Numbered from the stretch's first letter, positions 45,482-55,310 are shown. The stretch: DNA of 64,000 nucleotides from an uncultured Bacteriovoracaceae bacterium (GCA_964609695.1 CAZSSP010000009.1:1522-65521); one strand, 5' to 3'. Numbers and translations: made by a program. Notes: generated by a model not told the origin, from the sequence alone.

Positions 45482-46801
45482 CTACGCACTTCCGTAGCTA
45501 TGAAGACCACTCAAAACTAAGTTGACTCCTAAAAACGCAAAGACCATCACAATAAATCCAATAATGCTAATAAAAGACAATGTGTTGGGCTTCCAGTTTA
45601 TCAATAATTTTCCATGCAAATAGATAAGATAAACTAACCAAGTGATTAAAGCCCAAGTTTCCTTAGGATCCCAACCCCAACTTCTACCCCAGGCATAATA
45701 AGCCCATACGGCCCCCGTAATTAAAAGCAGAGTTTGAAAAGGAAAAGCAAAAAGCACAGTCTTATAACTTAATTCATGCAAACGATCTGCGCTCGGTAAT
45801 TTATCCATAATGCTTTTATGAAAATGCTCAAGAGCTAAAAAGACAAATGCAAAAAACAAAGAAGTGAAGATTAGCATCACTAAATATGGATTCGAATATA
45901 AGCTGAGGTCGGGATGACTTCGCTTCATATAAAACAACCATCCCAAAAGACCCGCCATAGAAAGAGTACCCGTCCAAAATAAAGTTTTATCAAGTTTTTG
46001 CATTTGGTTATATTGTGATTTTTTACGACGAAACATAATAATCATCGCCGCAAAAAACGATAAAAAGCTCACCCAAAAAAAATACTCGGCGCCAGGTACA
46101 GCCACCATACGAGTTACCACAGGCCCACCTTCGTATTCTCTATAGGTGTCTTTAGTTTCACTTTGAGTACCATCGGCTAAGGTTTTTGTAATGGTTTTAT
46201 CTAAAAAGAATTTTCCATCTTTAAAAACATGTCCCCTTCCAGCCGTGCCTAAATTTACAAGAAACATCAAACAAAGAACGGCTGCAATTTTTGTAACCGA
46301 AACTTTATTTCTAAATAAATGCAAAAATGACAAGCAAGCCCCATAGGTGAAAGCTGCATAAGCTATCATTCCAAAACAAACGTGGATCTTCAACCAATTG
46401 CTTTGAAGCGCAGGAATTAGAGGCTCTACAGTTTTATTCGGAGTCATCACAGCCATTCCCATTAACAAAAAAACTAAAGGCATCACAATGACACCCGTTA
46501 ACGGCACTCGCCAAAGCCACTGACCCAATAATTGAAATAAAGAGGCACCCCAGGCAAAAAACACCAAGGACTCATAAAGATTTGTCCACGGGGGTCTATC
46601 AATTCCCCCAATATACCATCGACCCAATAGACCCAACGTGTGAGCTAAAAAGGCTGCCGCAGCTAGTGTTTGGGCCGTGTTTCGCCAAAATCCATTTGAT
46701 TTTTTTACAATCATGGCCGCAAAAAAACAGAATGCCGCAATTAAATATATAAAAGCAGAATAATTTAATGCACTGACAGTATAAGAAAAAATATTATCCA
46801 T
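45482..46801 (-). CDS. ccsA: cytochrome c biogenesis protein CcsA/ResC (System II heme handling)
   Basis: Polytopic ORF with the Trp-rich WWD-type motif WGRSWGWDPKETWALITW and flanking conserved His residues. Confidence 0.85.
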   Translation of the reverse strand: MDNIFSYTVSALNYSAFIYLIAAFCFFAAMIVKKSNGFWRNTAQTLAAAAFLAHTLGLLGRWYIGGIDRPPWTNLYESLVFFAWGASLFQLLGQWLWRVPLTGVIVMPLVFLLMGMAVMTPNKTVEPLIPALQSNWLKIHVCFGMIAYAAFTYGACLSFLHLFRNKVSVTKIAAVLCLMFLVNLGTAGRGHVFKDGKFFLDKTITKTLADGTQSETKDTYREYEGGPVVTRMVAVPGAEYFFWVSFLSFFAAMIIMFRRKKSQYNQMQKLDKTLFWTGTLSMAGLLGWLFYMKRSHPDLSLYSNPYLVMLIFTSLFFAFVFLALEHFHKSIMDKLPSADRLHELSYKTVLFAFPFQTLLLITGAVWAYYAWGRSWGWDPKETWALITWLVYLIYLHGKLLINWKPNTLSFISIIGFIVMVFAFLGVNLVLSGLHSYGSA

Positions 46802-48224
46802 TGGCTCGTCCTTTAGTTGCTAATCTCAATCGAGTCGCAAGTTTTTTTAAATCATTTTCAAATGTGAGTGGAAGTCTATGAATAGTTCCACTTAATAAAA
46901 TTTCACCATTATCAAATCGTAAATGATAGCGTTTGTGCTGAACAAACAAGGCATAAAAAGTGCCTATGAGCATCCCCAAGCAACCTAACCAATAAATCGG
47001 AGCTCCAGGATCGTGAGCAATTTGTAATCCCGAAAAATGTTTTTCATCGAGACTTTCTAAAACTGCAGCCCAAGGAGACTTTCGATTTTCAAAATCAAAA
47101 TTTGGATAATTTTTAAGAATCCAAAATTCTTCACCCGAAGGCTGACCGTTTTTTAATTCTTGAATCTGAACACCGGGCCCGAAACCTTGGACATCATTCA
47201 AAGCTCTCAATACAACATACTGAACACCAAAGCTGTCGAGTTTCTGAACTTTTCCAACACCTGTTTTTTGAAAGGCTTGTTTTGAATAAGAGCCTGTTTT
47301 TTCGACGAAGCGCAATTCAATATTAAAATCTCCCATAGAACCATAACTCGCTTGATAAAAAGTAAAATCTCCATAGGAAAGAGGGTCATTCACTGTAATC
47401 ACTTTTGAAGCCAAGACACTTCCATTTTGGCGATCGAGAATATTTAATTTCGTTCTAAAATCTTTGGGTCGACCAGGGAAATCCTTATAAAAATCTACAT
47501 GAAAATATTCAGCCTCAATTCTAAAAGGCATTAAACGCTCATTAGGCGCAGTTCCTGGAATACTTGGAAGCCCACTCGCATTTCCTTCTTTAAATAGTAA
47601 AAAGGTGTCCACCGCAGAGCCCTCAGGAATATTAGCTCCGCCTTCAAAACCTTTAAGACCAGAATAAATGGCTCCGGCAAAAACCAGCAGGAGAGAGCTG
47701 TGAACGAGATAATTAGCCACACGTGACCAGCGACCACTTTGCCAAGAGATTTGAAATGAATTCGCTGAAGATTCTAATTCCTCAAATTTAACCCAAGGAG
47801 ATTTAATTTGAGCTTCTAAAATTTTTTTAGCTTCTGAGGCCTTCAAACTAGAGTTCCAAGAATGAAAAAACTTGGGATCGCGCGCTAAAAAAGTGCTTTT
47901 ACTTAAAGCCACAGCCTTGGCGTTTGCCGCTTTCCACATTTGCGGCCAACGTTCTACAGAACACGCTATTAGATTTATGGCTAACAAGGCTATAAGCCCA
48001 ACATACCAAAACGAATGATAAGCTGTGAAAAGCTGGGTCCACTTAGCAAAACGCCAAAATTCGTAATCATATTGAATGGCGGGATCGATGTTAGAAATGT
48101 TTTGCTGCAAAACAATGGTTCCGGGGATAGAAAGAAGTAATAACGCAACAAAGACCACAAGCGTTAGCTTTACAGAGGCTAGTTTTAGCCAAATCTGATC
48201 TACACACTCCCAAAAGAAGCCCAT
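46794..48224 (-). CDS. ccsB: cytochrome c biogenesis protein ResB/Ccs1
   Basis: 476 aa with N-terminal TM helices, a large soluble loop and a C-terminal TM helix. It overlaps ccsA by 8 nt, the canonical System II pair. Confidence 0.8.
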   Translation of the reverse strand: MGFFWECVDQIWLKLASVKLTLVVFVALLLLSIPGTIVLQQNISNIDPAIQYDYEFWRFAKWTQLFTAYHSFWYVGLIALLAINLIACSVERWPQMWKAANAKAVALSKSTFLARDPKFFHSWNSSLKASEAKKILEAQIKSPWVKFEELESSANSFQISWQSGRWSRVANYLVHSSLLLVFAGAIYSGLKGFEGGANIPEGSAVDTFLLFKEGNASGLPSIPGTAPNERLMPFRIEAEYFHVDFYKDFPGRPKDFRTKLNILDRQNGSVLASKVITVNDPLSYGDFTFYQASYGSMGDFNIELRFVEKTGSYSKQAFQKTGVGKVQKLDSFGVQYVVLRALNDVQGFGPGVQIQELKNGQPSGEEFWILKNYPNFDFENRKSPWAAVLESLDEKHFSGLQIAHDPGAPIYWLGCLGMLIGTFYALFVQHKRYHLRFDNGEILLSGTIHRLPLTFENDLKKLATRLRLATKGRANG

Positions 48225-48297
48225 GCCAGCTTTCTCTCACCGGTCAACGCGCCGGTCAATGAAGGAATCCTATTCTCAGACTAAAATCATTAGCGCT

Positions 48298-48696
48298 ATG
48301 AGAAAATCAATCAGTCTCTCAATATTTCTTAGTACACTGTTTTTTATGGCCGCAAATAAAGTGGAGGCTTCTGCCAAAAAAGATAAAGCTCCCAAAGCCG
48401 GAGTTGAAAAATTTGAAGAATATTTAATTCGTTTTAACGAAGAGCTCAAAAGCGAAGAACGCCAACAAATTTATAAGAAATATAATTTTATCGAAAAAAG
48501 AGAAGTTAAAACTAGTTTTGGAATTTTTTATGTGATTGGAGTTCCCGCTGGTAAAAATCGAAGTTACTGGGAAGGACAAATGAAAAACGAAAGCAAGGTG
48601 AAATACATTGAACCTCAGATCATGTATAAAGCTTTTGGAAATAAAAATCCGAATCAAATTTCTACCGAATCAACGAATAGTAAAGCTGGAAAATAA
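48298..48696 (+). CDS. secreted hypothetical protein (possibly a peptidase-propeptide/inhibitor I9-like fold)
   Basis: A signal peptide starts at ATG 48298 (MRKSISLSIFLSTLFFMAANKVEA). YLIRFNEELK...VKYIEPQ resembles subtilase propeptides, but only weakly. Confidence 0.4.
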   Translation: MRKSISLSIFLSTLFFMAANKVEASAKKDKAPKAGVEKFEEYLIRFNEELKSEERQQIYKKYNFIEKREVKTSFGIFYVIGVPAGKNRSYWEGQMKNESKVKYIEPQIMYKAFGNKNPNQISTESTNSKAGK

Positions 48697-49398
48697 AACG
48701 TCTACCACTCGACCGTTTTTTAGGTGATAATTCATTTCAGTCATAATTTCTGATTTGAGCAGTTGCTTACCTTTTAAACCCAATAGTTGATCGCGCTCGT
48801 ATTTTGCCAGTATGGAAATCATCAAAGATCTCATTTCTGTTTCCCGTCCACGCAGCTCTTCTTTGGCTTTGTAATTATCAACTTCAAACTCAAAACTAAT
48901 AAGAGCGACATTCTGCTGTTGCCCCTCGACCTTTAATCCCGCTGAAATGGAATCCAAAGGAAAATAGTGAAAGCCTCTTCTAATCGCGATGTTATTGACT
49001 TGAATGCTCGCCAAACCTCTTTTGGGACCAGGCTCCTGAAGATCATGACCTTCAGCTAATTGGCCATCTTGTCGATCTCGAATATCTTTTGGAATTAAGG
49101 ACCCTGAAAATGCAGGCTCGGCAGCAGCTTCTCCACCATGCCCACCTTTTTTCTCTCCGCCCTCTGCAACTTCATCTTCTTCTTCGCTATGAGCGGGCTT
49201 TAAATGAGGAGCTATCCACATATTAAAGCTGAGATAAGACCACAAAGCTGAAAAACAAATGAAAAGCAATGAAAGTGTTCTCACTAATAAAACTTCTCGA
49301 GTAGGACGAAGTAAAAATCCGGCGAAGCCTTTGGCTGATCCAAAAAATTCTTTGGTTTGAACTACAAAAAGTTTGAGTCTCTCAACAAAAAGTCTCAA
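48670..49398 (-). CDS. fliL: FliL-like flagellar basal-body-associated protein
   Basis: It has a single N-terminal TM helix, an acidic/Gly linker and a C-terminal FliL-like block (LISFEFEVDN...MRSLMISILA...LLKSEIMTEMN...VVDVLFSSFTI). A sigma-28-type promoter lies upstream. The start is TTG. Confidence 0.5.
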   Translation of the reverse strand: MRLFVERLKLFVVQTKEFFGSAKGFAGFLLRPTREVLLVRTLSLLFICFSALWSYLSFNMWIAPHLKPAHSEEEDEVAEGGEKKGGHGGEAAAEPAFSGSLIPKDIRDRQDGQLAEGHDLQEPGPKRGLASIQVNNIAIRRGFHYFPLDSISAGLKVEGQQQNVALISFEFEVDNYKAKEELRGRETEMRSLMISILAKYERDQLLGLKGKQLLKSEIMTEMNYHLKNGRVVDVLFSSFTIR

Positions 49399-49448
49399 CT
49401 TCTCTTTATATAATTTGAGCTTTTCCAGCCTAAGCCTCCCAGAGCCTC

Positions 49449-49476
49449 TTATCGGCTAAAGGCAGGAATTATTTTA
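49449..49476 (-). promoter_or_regulatory. sigma-28 (FliA)-type promoter, TAAA-N16-GCCGATAA
   Basis: The minus strand reads CTAAAATAATTCCTGCCTTTAGCCGATAAG. The -10 element GCCGATAA (49456-49449) matches the FliA consensus exactly. TAAA lies 16 nt upstream. The element is about 50 nt upstream of the FliL-like start. Confidence 0.5.
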
Positions 49477-49652
49477 GGATTTCGGAGCACCCCATCCTGA
49501 AACAGCATAAGCACATGATTTTATTGAATAAACATTTAAAAAATCATTGTGCGCGATGAAACGGTCCTGGGAGGGGTCAAGCTCCTTTAATGGCGCAGAA
49601 TTCTCGCTTCCTCTCCTAAAGTTCAATGTCTAGAACTCCGAATAGTTATTGA

Positions 49653-50648
49653 ATGAAAACACCTCCTCTAGCCACGACATGGAGAGACCCTAATGGAGAG
49701 TATCTTCCTGTGTCTCTTGAAAGCATTTCTACAGGCGCGCTTCACGACGTCGATGTATTCACTCGGGTTGGAGATCAATTTTTTATTATAAAACCTAAAA
49801 ATTCTAATTTTGATTTAGAACTCGTTAAAAAACTACGCGATACAACTCCCTTTCTCTACATAAAAACTTTGGACAGAGAAAAATATTTTAATAAATTTGA
49901 AGAAAACATTGGGAAAGTATTTCGCAATTCTAAAATTGATTTGAAACAAAAAGGAGCTCTACTCACAGATTGGACCGTTGAGCTTATAGACAGACTCTAC
50001 AAAGATCCAGGACATCCCGTAGCGATGCAACAAGCTAAAGTTGCCGCTGATTACTATGTTCGATACATTTCGGATCACTCACAAGCCTTCCTTGAACTTG
50101 TTGAACTTAGAAATCACGATGAATACACTTATGCTCACTCTGTAGGAGTGGCCGCTTACAGCATCGCTTTAGCGATACAATTTGGATATAAAGATAAAGA
50201 ATTGAGCGCCATTGGTTTAGCCGGCCTTCTTCACGACATCGGCAAATGTATGATTGACCCCAATATTATCAACAAAAAGGGTCCCCTCAACAGTGCTGAG
50301 TGGAACCAAATGAAAAAACATCCTGAGTTTGGCGCAGAAATTCTTCGTCGACACAAAGGTCTCGACCCCATCATTGCACTAGGTGCCGAATCTCACCATG
50401 AAACTCCCTCGGGAACAGGATACCCCAAAGGGGTTTTATCCTCTCAACTTGATCCCAAGATTTCATTCATTTCGATTGCTGATACTTTTTCAGCGCTCAC
50501 TACGGCTCGAAGTTACTCACAAGCTAGAGACACAGTCAGTGCGTTGAAACTTATTAAAGAAAGCGTTCCCACAAAATTCGACAACAACACTTTTAAAAAC
50601 TTTGTTGTCTTATTTTTGGATGAACAATCACAAAAGAAAATCGCATAA
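49653..50648 (+). CDS. HD-GYP domain c-di-GMP phosphodiesterase-type protein
   Basis: It has the HD-GYP motifs HSVGVA, LLHDIGK and ESHHETPSGTGYPKG. The N-terminal 150 aa are unassigned. Confidence 0.85.
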   Translation: MKTPPLATTWRDPNGEYLPVSLESISTGALHDVDVFTRVGDQFFIIKPKNSNFDLELVKKLRDTTPFLYIKTLDREKYFNKFEENIGKVFRNSKIDLKQKGALLTDWTVELIDRLYKDPGHPVAMQQAKVAADYYVRYISDHSQAFLELVELRNHDEYTYAHSVGVAAYSIALAIQFGYKDKELSAIGLAGLLHDIGKCMIDPNIINKKGPLNSAEWNQMKKHPEFGAEILRRHKGLDPIIALGAESHHETPSGTGYPKGVLSSQLDPKISFISIADTFSALTTARSYSQARDTVSALKLIKESVPTKFDNNTFKNFVVLFLDEQSQKKIA

Positions 50649-50654
50649 AAAAAT

Positions 50655-50700
50655 ACCCAGACCATTTTTTTCTGGGGAAGAAAAAAACGGCCTGGGTTTG
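50655..50700. terminator. terminator region between convergent HD-GYP and hsp20 genes
   Basis: CCCAGA (50656-50661) pairs with TCTGGG (50671-50676), followed on the minus strand by TATTTTTTT. Alternatively CCCAGACC pairs with GGCCTGGG (50689-50696), followed on the plus strand by TTTG. The stems are short. Confidence 0.45.
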
Positions 50701-50721
50701 AAATTTCTCAGAAAAAACTAA

Positions 50722-51162
50722 TTAGGCAATTTCATATTGGCGTGCTTTGGTCTTCTCAGATTTAGGCACTGTCACTTTTAACACTCCATTGTCATAGCGA
50801 CATTGAATGGCATCTGAATTGACGGTGTCTCCCAATCTAAAGGCTCTAGAAAAGCGACCGAAAATTCTCTCGGAAACATAATGATTCGCATCCTTTTGCT
50901 CTGTTTCAGACTTGCGCTCACCAGAGATCACAAGCAAGCCATCCTTGAATTCCACTTTAATGTCTTCTTTGCGAGTTCCGGGTATGTCTAACTCCAAAGA
51001 ATAACGATCTTTTTCTTCATGAATATCGCAATTCGGAGAAAAAGCAGTCAATTCAGTGGCATTTCTTGTTGGGTTTAAAGATAGAAAATCGTCTAAAACC
51101 CTATCAAAACTTGTACCTCTAAAGTTGGCCCATGGTTTGAAAAAATCTAGTTCATGTCTCAT
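50722..51162 (-). CDS. Hsp20/alpha-crystallin small heat-shock protein
   Basis: 146 aa with the alpha-crystallin domain pattern: DIHEEKDRYSLELDIPG..KEDIKVEFKDGLLVISGER...ERIFGRFSRAFRL...GVLKVTVPK. Confidence 0.9.
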   Translation of the reverse strand: MRHELDFFKPWANFRGTSFDRVLDDFLSLNPTRNATELTAFSPNCDIHEEKDRYSLELDIPGTRKEDIKVEFKDGLLVISGERKSETEQKDANHYVSERIFGRFSRAFRLGDTVNSDAIQCRYDNGVLKVTVPKSEKTKARQYEIA

Positions 51163-51202
51163 ATATCAATCTCCTTATAAATGTTTAAGTCCCCATATTG
51201 AG

Positions 51203-51231
51203 AGTGTGGGATTGATATTTTCAGAGTCAAG
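51203..51231 (-). promoter_or_regulatory. possible sigma-32-type heat-shock promoter of hsp20
   Basis: The minus strand reads CTCTTGAC, a 15-nt spacer, then CCCACACT, against the consensus CTTGAA-N13-15-CCCCATNT. The match is partial. Confidence 0.3.
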
Positions 51232-51261
51232 AGCCCCCTACTTTAGCGTAGGAAAGCTAAA

Positions 51262-52363
51262 TTATTGAGGATGCTCTGCATGCATCATAAGATAGGCTTC
51301 TATAAAGGGCTGAATATCTCCATCTAAGACCTTATCCACGCTGCTACTCTCATATTTTGTGCGCACATCTTTAATTAATTGATAAGGCTGCAAAACATAA
51401 TTTCGAATTTGAGAACCCCAAGCAATATCCTTTTTTTCTGAATTCACTTTATCGAGTTCCGCTTGGCGCTTTTGCATTTCAAGTTCATAGAGTTTGGCTT
51501 TTAACATTTTCATAGCCCGTTCACGGTTTTGGATTTGTGAACGCTCCGCCTGACATTGCACCACAATTCCAGAGGGATTGTGTGTAATTCTCACGGCAGA
51601 ATCTGTTTTATTCACGTGTTGTCCACCGGCCCCACCCGCGCGATAGGTGTCTATTCTCAAATCTTCTGTCTTAATATCGATTTTAATATCTTCTTCCACT
51701 GAAGGGTAAACATAGACACTGGCAAAACTTGTGTGGCGGCGAGCATTGGCATCAAAAGGAGAAATTCTCACCAATCGATGCACTCCAGATTCAGCCTTTA
51801 GAAATCCGTAAGCAAAAAGTCCTCGAACTTCGTAAGTCACCGATCGAAAACCTGCGCCATCCCCATCCGTAAAATCGACCATCTCGCAATCAAAACCCCT
51901 CTGAGTTGCATAGCGAGTGTACATACGCGCTAAAATTCCAGTCCAATCACAAGCCTCAGTTCCACCCGCTCCGGAATGAATTTCAATAAAGGCATCGGCT
52001 TTATCTTGTTCGCCCGATAACATTTTATTGAGCTCAAGCTTACGCAAGGATTCATCTAAAAAAACTAAACCTTCATCAATTTCTTTTTGAGTGGAAGAAT
52101 CAATTTCACCGCTTTCTTGAGAGAGTTCATATAAAACTGAAACATCTTCATAACGGCGTTGTGATTCTAAAAATGGATTTATTGTCGCTTCATGAGCGGC
52201 TTTTTCTTTTAATATATTTTTAGCTTTTAAAGTGTTGTCCCAGAATCCTGATTCGGCTTCTAGGTGTGAAATCTCTTCTATACGACGTTGCTTGCCTTCA
52301 ACGTCAAAGAGACCTCCTCAAGAGATCAAGTCTGCTTCCGATGTCTTGTAATTTTTCTTTCAT
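51262..52363 (-). CDS. prfB: peptide chain release factor 2, expressed through a programmed +1 frameshift
   Basis: The downstream frame carries the RF2 motifs SPF and SGAGGQHVNKTDSAVRITH. The upstream frame runs from ATG 52363 (MKEKLQDIGSRLDLLRRSL) to an in-frame TGA at the CTT TGA C shift site. After the +1 shift the reading continues DVEGKQRRIEEISHLEAESGFWDN... Confidence 0.9.
52303..52319 (-). other. prfB +1 frameshift cassette: internal SD-like AGGAGG + TCT CTT TGA C
   Basis: The minus strand reads GAGGAGG TCT CTT TGA C. The element order and spacing match E. coli prfB (AGGGGG TAT CTT TGA C). Confidence 0.85.
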
Positions 52364-52880
52364 AGCCCTTTTTGTATATCACAGGGCTTAGCTTTTGTAA
52401 CAAAAGCTCTTGGACCTCCATCATTCTTTGACTTTTCTTTTTAGAAACATCGACATGGTCCATACCGATCAGATGAAGAATAGAGTGTAACCACACCCTC
52501 GCAAATTCTTCCCGAAAAGCACATCGATAACGCTTAGCATTTCTCTCCACATTGGATAGGGAAATAATCATATCCCCCAAGTATCCTTTTTCTTGCCCCT
52601 CTGGAGATTCCATAGCTGGAAAACTTAAAACATCAGTGCTTCTATTAAGTTGACGAAACTGTCTTTGATAAGCCCGCATAGAATCTTCAGTACAAACTAA
52701 TATTCCAAAATGAGTGAAGGAATATCCTAAAATCTTTTCAGCCGATTTCCATTCTTCAAGACGACAAAAATACAAGTGAAGAATTTTCAAACATCGTTGA
52801 AGCTCAATGATCTTTAAAGGCAAAGCTTTAATTATCGATGTGTTTTCAAATTCCCAATAGCACTTTAATGAACTTTTCAT
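52326..52880 (-). CDS. ybeY: rRNA maturation endoribonuclease YbeY
   Basis: It has STDVLSFP and the zinc motif HSILHLIGMDH. Its start overlaps the stop of the upstream HD gene (ATGA). The N-terminus is somewhat longer than in typical YbeY. Confidence 0.85.
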   Translation of the reverse strand: MKSSLKCYWEFENTSIIKALPLKIIELQRCLKILHLYFCRLEEWKSAEKILGYSFTHFGILVCTEDSMRAYQRQFRQLNRSTDVLSFPAMESPEGQEKGYLGDMIISLSNVERNAKRYRCAFREEFARVWLHSILHLIGMDHVDVSKKKSQRMMEVQELLLQKLSPVIYKKGYERKITRHRKQT

Positions 52881-55243
52881 TTGATTGATTTAAGGTGTTT
52901 AGACGAGGCGTTTGTTTGCGGCAAGGATTTTTCCTGATCGGGGTATTCAATTCGCTGGTGATGAATGCTGAGTAAAATTCGCACAAAAGCTCGACTCACA
53001 AGATGAAGTGATTGAAGCGTGATTTCTGCATCCTCCAACAAACCCTCATCAAGTGCTTTACTCACAATTTTGACCACCATCGCCTCAATTCGAGCTGGAG
53101 TCGGATCAACCAAAGATCTCGTAGCTGCTTCACATGAATCAGCGAGCGCCATAATAACAGCTTCCTTGGATTTTGGATTGGGTCCAGGATATCTAAAATC
53201 ATCTTCATTAATTTCCTCAGGCTTCATGTCTGAATCTGGCTGAGCCGCCATTTGAAGTGCTTTATTATAGAAAAAACCCACCAATGTTCGACCATGATGT
53301 TGCTCAATAAATTCTGTAATAGCCCTTCCCAATCCGTATCGATTGGCTAAATTCACGCCTTCTTTTACATGAGAAATAATGATCTTCGCAGATAAATGAG
53401 GTTTGGTTTGATCATGAGGATTATATCCTGAAGTTTGATTCTCAACGAAGTAATCGGGTCGCACCATTTTACCAATGTCATGATAATAAGCTCCCACCCG
53501 AGCCAATAAAGGATTGGCACCAATGGCTTCGCAAGCCGCTTCTGCAAGAGTTCCAACAATTATGGAATGATGATAAGTTCCGGGAGCTTTCAAAACTAAA
53601 TCTCGCAAGAGAGGATTGTCCATTCTTGAAAGTTCAATAAGTTTTAACTCAGTCGTATAATCTAAAAAAGATTCAAAGAGCGGCGTGATCATTAACGTAA
53701 ACGACGAAGAGAGTAAGCCCCCTAAGAAACCTCCACAAAATCCCCAAAAAAGATTTCGCAAAGTGCTCGCATTCCAAACGTTAATGAATTTTACAATATC
53801 GGCATCCGCAGGAAGGCTTCCCCCCCACGAGAGAAGTAAAAGAACTGAGCAAATTCCAGCCAAAAAGGCTGTAGCAAAACCCGCCCGATATAATTCTGCA
53901 CGAGATTTGCAACTTTGAAGAAAGACCGTACCCCCCAAACAAACTGTTAACGAATAAAAACCATATAAAAAAGCTTTATCCAATAAGACTGCAGAGCCTA
54001 ATGAAAATAGAAATGAAAAAATCAACGAATGATAAGGCGTCAGCAAAAGTCTAATAATTAGAGCCGAAGTCGCCACAGGAATCATAAACAAAAAGAAAGG
54101 AGTTGGGATGCTTCTGAAACTATCGGCCAAGATTTCCATCTGAAAAATCACAGTTAATTTAAAGAACGCTAAAGACACAATTAAAAGTACACCCGCAATC
54201 AGAATATCCTTATGCTTAGATAAAAAATCTGGAGAATATCTTCTCAGAAAGACAACAAAAGTTCCCAAAGCAAAAGACGCCAAGAGAGATTGCCAAAAAA
54301 GTTTGAGCCATTGGAAATCTGTATCTTGTCGCGACCTCAACGCTGTTAAAAGTTCTTCTGTATCTTTTGTGATGGTTTCGCCTTCGCGAACAACGACCTC
54401 ACCTCGATAAAGTTTTTTTAGTAAAGGCCGCATTTTTTCAACAACGATTTTTCTTTTAGCTTCAGTTTCTTTGAGATTGATAGAACTATTGGCCTTTATC
54501 AATCGCGCATGAAGGCCCGCGAGCAACACACGATTCGCGAAATTCATTCCCAGCCAGCGAGAAGCTAACTTGTCGGGATCTCGAATAGACGATTGTACAA
54601 AATCTAATGTGACAAATTGTTTAGATATCTCTTCACTTTTGATAAAAGTGTTTTTACGAGTTTCCACATTAAAAACATCAGCACCATTTTCCAAAAGTGC
54701 TATGTCTTCCACTATTTTCATATTGATAAAGGGAGCCATCGATTGCAGTAATGAGCGCTCAAAGTTGGCATCAAAACGCACTCCGAGCAACCATTTTAGA
54801 TCGCTCTCATTGAGCTTGACGTAGTTTTGGAGTGTTTGAGCAAAACTCAAAACTCTGAGATTTTTTTTCTTATCTGGTATCGCTCGACTCTCTCGTACGG
54901 CTAATCGCCAAAGTTGATTGAGCTCCATCAAAGATTTTGGATTAAAATCTAAAACGACAGGAACATGGTTGATGACTTTCTCACGTTCCCGAAGAGTGGA
55001 AGCTCGATCTATAATTTCCACTGTTTTTGGCACGCGCACATTGAAGGCAGCCACCTCACCCTCATGCCAAGTGGGCAGAGATTGAAATCGCGTGGTTCTT
55101 GTGACCATTAGAAGCAAAAGAAAAACGAGCACAAAGACAAAAGAAAAATCACCTAAATTTTGAGCAAAGGGAGACTCAACAAAAGATCTCCAAAGTCGCT
55201 CCACCGGATGAGTGATAAGCTTAGGCCATGATTCCTTTTTCAC
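52877..55243 (-). CDS. pgpH: 7TM receptor with intracellular HD hydrolase domain (YqfF/PgpH-like, candidate c-di-AMP phosphodiesterase)
   Basis: 788 aa: an N-terminal TM helix plus extracytoplasmic domain, a 7-TM block, and a C-terminal HD domain (HHSIIVG, AYYHDIGK, EQHHG). It sits immediately upstream of ybeY, as yqfF does in Firmicutes. Confidence 0.75.
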   Translation of the reverse strand: MKKESWPKLITHPVERLWRSFVESPFAQNLGDFSFVFVLVFLLLLMVTRTTRFQSLPTWHEGEVAAFNVRVPKTVEIIDRASTLREREKVINHVPVVLDFNPKSLMELNQLWRLAVRESRAIPDKKKNLRVLSFAQTLQNYVKLNESDLKWLLGVRFDANFERSLLQSMAPFINMKIVEDIALLENGADVFNVETRKNTFIKSEEISKQFVTLDFVQSSIRDPDKLASRWLGMNFANRVLLAGLHARLIKANSSINLKETEAKRKIVVEKMRPLLKKLYRGEVVVREGETITKDTEELLTALRSRQDTDFQWLKLFWQSLLASFALGTFVVFLRRYSPDFLSKHKDILIAGVLLIVSLAFFKLTVIFQMEILADSFRSIPTPFFLFMIPVATSALIIRLLLTPYHSLIFSFLFSLGSAVLLDKAFLYGFYSLTVCLGGTVFLQSCKSRAELYRAGFATAFLAGICSVLLLLSWGGSLPADADIVKFINVWNASTLRNLFWGFCGGFLGGLLSSSFTLMITPLFESFLDYTTELKLIELSRMDNPLLRDLVLKAPGTYHHSIIVGTLAEAACEAIGANPLLARVGAYYHDIGKMVRPDYFVENQTSGYNPHDQTKPHLSAKIIISHVKEGVNLANRYGLGRAITEFIEQHHGRTLVGFFYNKALQMAAQPDSDMKPEEINEDDFRYPGPNPKSKEAVIMALADSCEAATRSLVDPTPARIEAMVVKIVSKALDEGLLEDAEITLQSLHLVSRAFVRILLSIHHQRIEYPDQEKSLPQTNASSKHLKSIK

Positions 55244-55310
55244 AGCTATCTTATCGGCTTATTTAAAGTTAACAGTAGGAGCCTAGACTTGGCGCATTAT
55301 CTCAATGAAA

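Noticed and set aside
51191-51198. CCCCATAT on the plus strand, an exact sigma-32 -10 consensus
   Set aside because: It has no matching -35 and no plus-strand gene downstream. It is the complement partner of the minus-strand region upstream of hsp20.
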